From Nocardioides sp. (GTDB taxonomy: Bacteria; Actinomycetota; Actinomycetes; Propionibacteriales; Nocardioidaceae), in NCBI GenBank assembly GCA_036270075.1, contig DATBDF010000152.1:1532-65531 (forward strand): a DNA stretch of 64,000 nt, in the 5' to 3' direction. The notes under the pieces are model-generated. The model did no database searches. It was not told the origin of the DNA and saw only the letters and a program-made list of their open reading frames with translations. The position numbers and the translations under genes were made by a program. This document shows, in pieces, positions 1 to 7,616 of this stretch; position 1 is the first letter of the stretch; the number at the start of each line of letters is the position of its first letter.

Positions 1-62
1 ACCTGAAGGTGAGCCGGGTCGGGGCGGCGGACCGCATGCTCGACCAGCTGGTCGGGACCTGA
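1..62 (+). CDS. 3' end of a CDS truncated by the window edge (..LKVSRVGAADRMLDQLVGT*)
   Basis: Open frame with GC3-rich codons ending at TGA 60-62; product not identifiable. Confidence 0.4.
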   Translation, partial: LKVSRVGAADRMLDQLVGT

Positions 63-99
63 TCGCGTACGGGTCGGCCACCTCGTCCGTCTCATCCAC

Positions 100-603
100 G
101 TGACCCCCGACATCCTCCCGGTCGACGACGACCTGCGGCTGCGCGCCTTCGCCGGCGACGCGGACGTCGACCTCGCATGGCCGTGGTACCGCGACGCCGA
201 GACCGTGGCGCTGGTCGACGGCCCCGAGAACCCGACCTACGCCCGTGACCGGGTGGCCGCGATGTACCAGGCACTGGCGGCGCAGGGCGAGGTCTACATG
301 ATCGAACGGCGTACGCCCGACGACGCCTGGGAGACGGTCGGTGACGTGACCCTGGCGCCCGACACGCTGCCGATCGTGCTCGCCCCGGGACGTCGAGGTC
401 AGGGCATCGGCCGTCGCGTCGTCCTCCGGCTCGTCGACCGGGCGCGCGTGCTCGGCTGGGACCAGCTGCGGGTGCGCGAGATCGTGCCCGGGAACGACGC
501 CTCGCACCGGCTTTTCACCGGGCTGGGCTTCCTGCCGCGGGTACCGGCGCCCCCGGCGTACGTCCTCCCGCTGGCACCGCTGGGCAGCCGACCGCGCTCC
601 TGA
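100..603 (+). CDS. GNAT family N-acetyltransferase
   Basis: Acetyl-CoA motif RRGQGIG, N-x-ASHRLF-x-x-LGF; GTG start. Confidence 0.8.
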   Translation: MTPDILPVDDDLRLRAFAGDADVDLAWPWYRDAETVALVDGPENPTYARDRVAAMYQALAAQGEVYMIERRTPDDAWETVGDVTLAPDTLPIVLAPGRRGQGIGRRVVLRLVDRARVLGWDQLRVREIVPGNDASHRLFTGLGFLPRVPAPPAYVLPLAPLGSRPRS

Positions 604-643
604 CCGCCGGCCGGGCTGGCGCCCTGGTGGCCGGGACGAGGGC

Positions 644-889
644 ATGGGTCGCTCGGCGTGCGATGCTCCGGCCATGCTCTGGCGGTTCGCGATCTACCTC
701 GTGCTCGGGGGATACGTCGCCTTCCGGGTCGTGCTCGCCGTGCAGATCGCCCGAGCCAGGCGCGCCGGCGACGTCGATCGGGAGCAACAGCTCCGGCGAC
801 GCGCGTTCGGACTGCTCCACTGGGTGGTCGGAGCCACCGTGGTGTTCACCCTGGTGCTGGTCTTCCTGGTCTGGGCCAACTCCCGCTGA
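644..889 (+). CDS. small two-TM membrane protein (start may be ATG 674)
   Basis: Two hydrophobic helices, good codon bias. Confidence 0.65.
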   Translation: MGRSACDAPAMLWRFAIYLVLGGYVAFRVVLAVQIARARRAGDVDREQQLRRRAFGLLHWVVGATVVFTLVLVFLVWANSR

Positions 890-925
890 GCGGGCCTCCG
901 GTTTCGTCTGCGGTCTCCGCCCCAC

Positions 926-1876
926 TCACATCTCCGCGAGATCCGCGAGCGCCTCCCGGCCGGTGTGCAGACCACGCAGGCACCGGTCGCGCATGGTGTC
1001 CCAGTAGTAGGGCAGGCCCATCACCGAGAGCGCCAGGACCCAGCCGCACGCGAGTCGCCAGGTCACGTCGTCCACCGCGAGCAGGTCCCGGAACGTCCTC
1101 CGTGCGGCCGGGTCGAGCAACTGCCACGCCACGACCAGGTCGATCGTCGGGTCACCGATGGACAGTCCGCCGAAGTCCAGCACCGCGACCAGCCGCCCCT
1201 CCTGGACGAGCAGGTTCTCGGCGTTCAGGTCGCCGTGGTACCACCGTGGCTCGACCTCACGGTGCGCCCCGGGCAGGCACATCGTCCGCGCCCAGGCCGA
1301 CGCGACCGCATCGAGGTCGATCGTGAGGTCCGGGTGGCCCACGAGGTGCCGGCTGTCGTGCAGGTAGCTCTGCATGGAGTCGTCCATCTCGGCGAGCGGG
1401 CGGCCGCGGTACCACTGCAGCGCGGCGTCGCCAGCCGCTTCGTCGGGTACGCCGAGCGAGCCGAAGGCTCGCACCACGGCCGCCAGCTCGGCGGCCAACT
1501 CGTGCCGAGGTTCGTCGCCGTCCGTGGGCAGCCCGGGCCGGTCTCCCTCCAGGTAGCGCACCACCGACCACTTCTCCGGATACCCGACGGCCGGATCGCC
1601 GACGGCCACGATCTCCGGTACGGCGACCGGCAGGTGCGGTGCGACGTACGGCAGCCAGCGCTGCTCCTTCTCGATCGTCTCGGTCCCACCGGGCTGACGC
1701 GGGACGCGGACGAGGAGGTCGTCGCTCAGGCGGAACAGCGCGTTGGTCGAACCCGTCACCTCGAACCGCCGCAGCGGCAGTTCGTCGTACGCCGCGGAGA
1801 CCGTGCCCAGCAGCCGGCGCACGAGCCCCTCGTCGACCTCGATCTCGTCGTCGTGCAGCCGGGTCATGCCCACCAC
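926..1876 (-). CDS. aminoglycoside phosphotransferase (APH) family protein
   Basis: HGDLNAEN Brenner motif, VLDFG, GDP-x-x-D. Confidence 0.88.
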   Translation of the reverse strand: MVGMTRLHDDEIEVDEGLVRRLLGTVSAAYDELPLRRFEVTGSTNALFRLSDDLLVRVPRQPGGTETIEKEQRWLPYVAPHLPVAVPEIVAVGDPAVGYPEKWSVVRYLEGDRPGLPTDGDEPRHELAAELAAVVRAFGSLGVPDEAAGDAALQWYRGRPLAEMDDSMQSYLHDSRHLVGHPDLTIDLDAVASAWARTMCLPGAHREVEPRWYHGDLNAENLLVQEGRLVAVLDFGGLSIGDPTIDLVVAWQLLDPAARRTFRDLLAVDDVTWRLACGWVLALSVMGLPYYWDTMRDRCLRGLHTGREALADLAEM

Positions 1877-1976
1877 CTCACCGGACCCGGAGGCCGCTGT
1901 CGATCGAGTTCTCGGTCGTCACCGGGCGTGCCCGCCGCGGACTTCGTCCACGCCGCGCGGTGGTAGACCTGACGCC

Positions 1977-3047
1977 ATGACCCGCCACCACCACGGGCAC
2001 CTCGCCGGCACGATGGTCGAGACTCCTCGTCTCCGCCAGCACGTCTGGACCAGCGGACCGGAGGACGGCCGGCCGTTGCTGCTCGTGCACGGCAACATCA
2101 CGACCGGCGGGTTCTGGCGGTACGTCGCCGAACAGCTGCCGCCCGACGTGCGGGTGATCGCCCCGGACCTCCGGTCGTTCGGGCTCACCGACGCCGAGCC
2201 GGTCGACGCCACCCGGGGGCTCCGCGACATGGCCGACGACGTGCACGACCTGCTCGTGACCTGGGGCCTCACCGGACGCGACGACCTCCACGCAGCCGGC
2301 TGGTCCATGGGCGGCGGGGTGCTGCAGCAGTACCTCGTCGACCACCCGCGGGATCTGGCCAGCATCACCTTGATGGCACCGATCTCGCCGTACGGGTTCG
2401 GTGGCAGCCACGGCGTCGACGGCCGGCCCTGCACCCCCGACTGGGCGGGCACGGGTGGCGGCACCGCGGCGCCCGACTTCGTACGCCGGCTCGCCGAGCG
2501 CGACGCCGGCAGCGACGAGCCGCTCAGCTCCCCGCGCGAGGTGCTGATGACGTTCTTCGGACCCGGCCCGAACCGCCCGAACGTCGATGAGGACTTCCTG
2601 GTCGCGGAGCTGTTCACGACCACGGTCGGCGACGACCACTACCCGGGCGACATGACCGCCTCCGAGCACTGGCCCAACGTCGCCCCGGGCTCGCGTGGGG
2701 TGCTGAACTCGATGTCCGGGAAGTACTACGACACCAGCGCCTTCGGCGACGTGTCCGACGGGCCGCAGATCACCTGGCTGCGAGGCACAGCCGACCAGGT
2801 GATCTCCGAGCGCTCGATGTTCGACCTCGCCACCCTCGGTGAGCTCGGCGCCGTACCCGGCTGGCCGGGAGCCGACGTCATGCCGCCGCAGCCGATGGAG
2901 ACCCAGTTCCGGTCCGTCCTCGAGCGGTACGCCGCCCACGGCGGGCGCTGGCGCGAGGTCGAGCTGGACGGAGTGGGGCACGGCATCCCGCTCGAGGTGC
3001 CGGACGTCGTGGCGGCGGAGATCGAGCGGACGATGACCGATGCCTGA
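1977..3047 (+). CDS. alpha/beta hydrolase
   Basis: LVHGN, PDLRSFG, nucleophile GWSMG, C-terminal GH; ATG 1977 preferred over the extended ORF start. Confidence 0.85.
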   Translation: MTRHHHGHLAGTMVETPRLRQHVWTSGPEDGRPLLLVHGNITTGGFWRYVAEQLPPDVRVIAPDLRSFGLTDAEPVDATRGLRDMADDVHDLLVTWGLTGRDDLHAAGWSMGGGVLQQYLVDHPRDLASITLMAPISPYGFGGSHGVDGRPCTPDWAGTGGGTAAPDFVRRLAERDAGSDEPLSSPREVLMTFFGPGPNRPNVDEDFLVAELFTTTVGDDHYPGDMTASEHWPNVAPGSRGVLNSMSGKYYDTSAFGDVSDGPQITWLRGTADQVISERSMFDLATLGELGAVPGWPGADVMPPQPMETQFRSVLERYAAHGGRWREVELDGVGHGIPLEVPDVVAAEIERTMTDA

Positions 3048-3879
3048 CCCGCTCGACGTCCCGGTCACCGGTGGCACCCTCCGGGTCGCGGCCTGGAGCG
3101 GGATAGGCGGGCCGGTGCTCGCGATCCACGGGATCACGTCCTCGTCGCGGACATGGCCCTTCGTGGCGGCAGCGCTCGACCGGCCGTTGTTCGCGCCCGA
3201 CCTCCGTGGCCGGGGACGTTCCAACCATCTGGCCGGGCCAGCCGGGATCGCCCAGCACGCGGACGACTGCGCCGCCGTCGTCGAGGCGACCGGGGGCGTT
3301 CCGCTGGTGGTGGTCGGCCACTCGATGGGTGGGTTCGTGGCCACGGTGCTGGCTGCGCGACGACCGGACCTGGTGCGCGGCCTGGTGCTGGTCGACGGTG
3401 GCCTGCCCTTCGCCGCGGCCGACGAGGCCGCGACCTTGGCCGGTCTGCAGCCGATCAAGCAGCGGCTGCTGTCGACGTACACCCGGGAGAGCTACCGCGA
3501 CTGGTTCCGCAACCATCCGGCGTTCGCCCGGGACTGGACCCCGGAGGCCGAGGCCTACGCCGACTACGACCTCCCCGAGTCGCCCGGCCGCCCCTCGGCC
3601 GACCCGGACATCGTCGAGGCCGACCAGGTCGACATGGTCCACGGGGCGGCGTTCCGGGAGGCGCTGGCCCAGCCGCTGCCGCCGCGGGTCTTCCTGCACG
3701 CGCCCCGCGGCTTCGCCGACGACCCGCCCGGGCTGTACCCGCAGCCCGTCGTCGACGAGTACGCCGCGCGCTGGCCGGACGTCGACGTCCGCCCCGTCCC
3801 CGACGTCAACCACTACACGATCGTGCTCAGCTCCCGGGGCGCAGCCGCGATCGCCCAGGCCGTCCGCGACCTGGGCTGA
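3040..3879 (+). CDS. alpha/beta hydrolase
   Basis: HGIT, PDLRGRG, GHSMG, NHY; overlaps upstream gene by 8 bp. Confidence 0.87.
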   Translation: MPDPLDVPVTGGTLRVAAWSGIGGPVLAIHGITSSSRTWPFVAAALDRPLFAPDLRGRGRSNHLAGPAGIAQHADDCAAVVEATGGVPLVVVGHSMGGFVATVLAARRPDLVRGLVLVDGGLPFAAADEAATLAGLQPIKQRLLSTYTRESYRDWFRNHPAFARDWTPEAEAYADYDLPESPGRPSADPDIVEADQVDMVHGAAFREALAQPLPPRVFLHAPRGFADDPPGLYPQPVVDEYAARWPDVDVRPVPDVNHYTIVLSSRGAAAIAQAVRDLG

Positions 3880-3936
3880 GCGACCGCGCCTACGCAGCCT
3901 CTCAGCGGGCGTCGCTCGCGGTTTAGGCTGCGATTC

Positions 3937-5985
3937 ATGAGTCGGGCCGAGGTGGTCGACGACATCGCCGCCGCTGACGAACCACCTGCTCTCGGGCCGA
4001 CCGCTCGCAACGTCGCCTTCGCCCTGATCCTCGGCGGACTCCTCCTCTCGGCGCTCGACTCGACGATCGTCTCGACCGCGCTGCCCACGATCGTCGGGGA
4101 CCTCGGCGGTGCCGAGCACATGAGCTGGGTCGTCACGGCGTACCTCCTGACGCAGACGATCGCGACGATCCTGGGCGGGAAGTTCGGCGACCTGTTCGGC
4201 CGGAAGTGGATCTTCGTCGGCAGCATCGTGATCTTCACCGGAGCCTCGGCCCTGGCCGGCCTGTCGCAGACCATGACGTGGCTGATCGCCTCACGTGCGA
4301 TCCAAGGCATCGGCGGCGGCGGGCTGACCGTGACCGCGACGGCGATGATCGCGGACATCATCCCGCTGCGCGACCGGGGGAAGTACCAGGGCGCGGTCGG
4401 TGCGGTGTTCGGCGGCACGACGGTGCTCGGGCCGCTGCTCGGCGGCTTCTTCACCGACCACCTGTCCTGGCAGTGGGTCTTCTACGTCAACGTGCCCGTG
4501 GCGTTGGTGATCCTGCCCTTCGCGGTCAAGCTGCTCCCCGCCGTGGGTGCCACGGTGAAGCCGGTCTTCGACACCTTCGGCATCGTCTTCATCTCGATCG
4601 GGTCTTCCGGGCTCATCCTGGCGACGAGCTGGGGCGGCACGCAGTACGCCTGGCTGTCGCCCACGATCGTCGTCCTGGTCGTCGTCGCGGTCGTGAGCCT
4701 GGTGCTGTTCGTGCTCGCCGAACGGCGTGCGGCCGAGCCGATCCTGCCGCTGCGGCTGTTCACCCGGAACGTGTTCGCGGTGAGCGTCGTGCTCAGCTTC
4801 ATCGTGGGGTTCGCCCTGCTCGGCACCATGACCTTCCTGCCGACGTGGCTGCAGTTCTGCCACGGCGTGAGTGCCACGACGTCGGGCATCCGGACCCTGC
4901 CGATGGTGCTCGGCCTCATCGTCGCCTCCATCACCGCCGGCACGTTGGTCAGCCGGACCGGCCGCTACCGGGCCTTCCCGATCGCCGGCGGCGCGGTGAT
5001 GACCGTCGGCATGCTGCTGCTGACCCGGCTGGACGAGGGATCCTCGGACCTGTACTTCTCCTTGTCGACCCTCGTCCTCGGCGTCGGCATCGGCTTGGCG
5101 ATGCAGGTGCTCACGATCATCGTCCAGAACACCGTCGAGTACCGCGACCTCGGCGTCGCGACGTCGGGCGTCACGTTCTTCCGGACGATCGGCAGCGCGT
5201 TCGGGGCCGCCGCCTTCGGGGCCATCTACGCCCACAACCTGAAGCCGAACCTGACCGAGGCCGTGGTCGCCAGCGGCGCCGACCCGACGCAGATCACGAC
5301 ACCGGCGGGCGTCCAGGCGCTCCCGCCCGAGCAGCACGCAGCCGTCGTCCACGCGTACGCCGACGCGTTGCAGCATGTCTTCGCCTCGGCGGTGCCCGTC
5401 GCGATCATCGCGTTCATCGTGGCGCTGTTCCTCAAGCAGGTACCGATGCGCGGGCTGACCCAGCCGGGCGCCACCGACCTCGGCCACGGGTTCGCGATGC
5501 CCGACCAGCGCAGTGCCCCAGAACAGCTCGAGGGCCAGGTCGTCCGGATCATCCGGACGCGGCTGCCCGAGGCGGCGACGGAGCTGCTCGACTCCTCGCA
5601 GGCCGGACTCGACGCGGTCCAGGTCTGGACCCTGCGTCAGGTGGCCATCCAGCAGCTTCGCGCGAAGGGGCCGGTCGACCCGCTCACGATCGCCGCCGCC
5701 CATCGCGTGCCGATGGCCCTCATCCGGCCGGCTATCGACGACGCCCTCCAGCACGATCTCGTCGCCGAGCTCGGCGGCCGGGTGGAGCTCAGCGAACAGG
5801 GCCGCGAGCGGTTCACGGCGTTCGTCCGCGAGCTGTGGCAGTGGCTGATCCGTGAGGTGGAGGAGGCCAACGGCGAGCCGCTGGACGACGCAGGTCGCGA
5901 CGACCTGCGCGCGATCGCCCGCAGCGCCTTCCTCTCCGAGGACCCCGTCACCGAGCCGATGGAGCTCGCCCAGGCCGGCGGCTGA
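3937..5985 (+). CDS. DHA2 family MFS efflux transporter with C-terminal soluble winged-helix-like extension
   Basis: LDSTIVSTALPTI, GKFGDLFGRK, about 14 TMs, about 150-aa soluble tail. Confidence 0.88.
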   Translation: MSRAEVVDDIAAADEPPALGPTARNVAFALILGGLLLSALDSTIVSTALPTIVGDLGGAEHMSWVVTAYLLTQTIATILGGKFGDLFGRKWIFVGSIVIFTGASALAGLSQTMTWLIASRAIQGIGGGGLTVTATAMIADIIPLRDRGKYQGAVGAVFGGTTVLGPLLGGFFTDHLSWQWVFYVNVPVALVILPFAVKLLPAVGATVKPVFDTFGIVFISIGSSGLILATSWGGTQYAWLSPTIVVLVVVAVVSLVLFVLAERRAAEPILPLRLFTRNVFAVSVVLSFIVGFALLGTMTFLPTWLQFCHGVSATTSGIRTLPMVLGLIVASITAGTLVSRTGRYRAFPIAGGAVMTVGMLLLTRLDEGSSDLYFSLSTLVLGVGIGLAMQVLTIIVQNTVEYRDLGVATSGVTFFRTIGSAFGAAAFGAIYAHNLKPNLTEAVVASGADPTQITTPAGVQALPPEQHAAVVHAYADALQHVFASAVPVAIIAFIVALFLKQVPMRGLTQPGATDLGHGFAMPDQRSAPEQLEGQVVRIIRTRLPEAATELLDSSQAGLDAVQVWTLRQVAIQQLRAKGPVDPLTIAAAHRVPMALIRPAIDDALQHDLVAELGGRVELSEQGRERFTAFVRELWQWLIREVEEANGEPLDDAGRDDLRAIARSAFLSEDPVTEPMELAQAGG

Positions 5986-5986
5986 G

Positions 5987-6018
5987 CCCTCTCCCTTCGG
6001 GTCGTCCGCCTGAGAGGG
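5987..6018. terminator. hairpin between convergent genes
   Basis: CCCTCTC...GAGAGGG inverted repeat. Confidence 0.45.
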
Positions 6019-6022
6019 ACCC

Positions 6023-6742
6023 CTACTGGCCGCCCCCGCGGACGACCCCTGCGCCGGGGCCGGTCGGCGGGAACTCGCCCAGGGCGTGGTCGGCGATCCG
6101 CTTCATCATCCACATGTCGATGCCGCCGCCGACGACGCCCCCGGCCAGCGGGACACCGCGACCGAGCCGGGCGAACCCCTTCTCGCCGACGCCTCGCAGC
6201 AACCGGAACGCGATCGCCTTGTTCAGCATCAACAGCGCCGCCGGGGGGAGCTGCTGCCCGACGAGCCCCAGGACCTTGCCGCCGCCACCCGTGAGCCCGG
6301 CCTTGGCCAGCACCTCGTCCGCCTCGGACCCGACCAGGGTCAGCAGGATCGCGCTGCGCACGTGTGGGTCCTCGAGGTCGTAGCCGCGGAGGGCGGCGAT
6401 CGCAGCCACCATCCGCGTCGCGCCGATGTAGAACTCCACGACGTTCGCCGGCAGCGCGATGGGCATGAACATGAACCCGCCGAACCCGGTCACGAAGCCG
6501 CCGATCCCACCCTTGGTGACGTGGGAGCGCACGATCTTCTTGACCGCACCCTCGGGGGTCCGGGCGTCACGGCGTACCTGCTCGGCGAGCTCGGTCGACG
6601 ACTTCAGAGGCCCCAGCCCGTCGATGCCCACGTCGAGCAGCGCGTCGATCAGGCGCCCGACCATGCCTTCGTCCTCGCCGCCGACCTGGACGGGCACTCG
6701 CCCGCCGTAGTGCGGGAGCTTCTCCGTCACGGTCTCACCCAT
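6023..6742 (-). CDS. EcsC family protein
   Basis: GFVTGFGG..ALPAN, AIAALRGYDL, GVPLAGGVVGGGID. Confidence 0.75.
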   Translation of the reverse strand: MGETVTEKLPHYGGRVPVQVGGEDEGMVGRLIDALLDVGIDGLGPLKSSTELAEQVRRDARTPEGAVKKIVRSHVTKGGIGGFVTGFGGFMFMPIALPANVVEFYIGATRMVAAIAALRGYDLEDPHVRSAILLTLVGSEADEVLAKAGLTGGGGKVLGLVGQQLPPAALLMLNKAIAFRLLRGVGEKGFARLGRGVPLAGGVVGGGIDMWMMKRIADHALGEFPPTGPGAGVVRGGGQ

Positions 6743-7106
6743 TGCTCGGTGGTACGTCGTCACCGGACGCGCCCGGCGTACCACCGTTGCGCTGCTCGAC
6801 GATCTTGTCGACGCCGCGCTCGAGCGATCCGCGCACCTGGTGGATGGTGTCGGCGTGCTTGCCGTCGGTACGCGTGTCGACCGCGCTGGCCACCTTCTCG
6901 AACAGCCGCTCGAGGTCGCCGCGGTGCTCGTGAGCGAAGTCCCCGGCCAGGTGCAGACCCTGACGGACGGCCCCTTCCAGCGTCGTGGCCAGCTCGTTGA
7001 GGTGTCGGTCGACCTCGTACTCCTCCATCTTCGCGCGGATCTGTTCGGCCAAGGGCGGCCGGTCCGAGGGATCCGACGAGGACGGGTCCTGCGGCTTGTC
7101 GGTCAT
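6735..7106 (-). CDS. small protein resembling the MT0933/Rv0909-like antitoxin family
   Basis: VDTRTDGKHADTI motif; GGAGG RBS upstream. Confidence 0.55.
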   Translation of the reverse strand: MTDKPQDPSSSDPSDRPPLAEQIRAKMEEYEVDRHLNELATTLEGAVRQGLHLAGDFAHEHRGDLERLFEKVASAVDTRTDGKHADTIHQVRGSLERGVDKIVEQRNGGTPGASGDDVPPSNG

Positions 7107-7230
7107 GGCACCTCCAGGTGTCTGAGGCTCCCCATCCTGCCCGCCCGGCTGCCGACACCCAACCGCGCGGATCCCCGACCTCTCCCCGAGGTCGTCACGG
7201 CCGACCTTGATCGGGACTACCCCCCCAGGG

Positions 7231-7515
7231 CTACGACCGCACCAGGCGGGCGATCGCGGCCGACGCCTCGGCGAGCTTCGCGTCGGCGTCCTCGCCGGTC
7301 GCGACCGCGTCGCGTACGCAGTGCGCGAGGTGGTCGTCGAGCAGGTGCAGCGACACCGCCTGGAGGGCCTTCGTCATCGCCGAGACCTGGGTGAGGATGT
7401 CGATGCAGTACTGCTCCTCCTCGACCATCCGCTGCAGACCGCGCGCCTGTCCCTCGATGCGGCGCAGCCGCTTCAGTACGTCGTCCTTGTCCTGCAGGTA
7501 GCCCGGGTGTTCCAT
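7231..7515 (-). CDS. csoR: CsoR family copper-sensing repressor
   Basis: RLRRIEGQ, YCIDILTQ, HLAHC (Cys/His/Cys ligands); leaderless start after TACAGT. Confidence 0.88.
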   Translation of the reverse strand: MEHPGYLQDKDDVLKRLRRIEGQARGLQRMVEEEQYCIDILTQVSAMTKALQAVSLHLLDDHLAHCVRDAVATGEDADAKLAEASAAIARLVRS

Positions 7516-7525
7516 GCTGCGACTG

Positions 7526-7540
7526 TACCCCCGAGGGGTA
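7526..7540. promoter_or_regulatory. CsoR operator overlapping the csoR -10
   Basis: TACCCCCGAGGGGTA palindrome. Confidence 0.75.
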
Positions 7541-7616
7541 TCGGCGCCGCCCACGCCGTCGCCCGACCCGTGAACGCGGTGACCGGACACCTCTGCACGT
7601 CGGTGACGATGGAGAC

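Noticed and set aside
926-1876. APH gene as a mobile antibiotic-resistance determinant
   Set aside because: Only family-level motifs; no mobile context; such kinases are common in Actinobacteria
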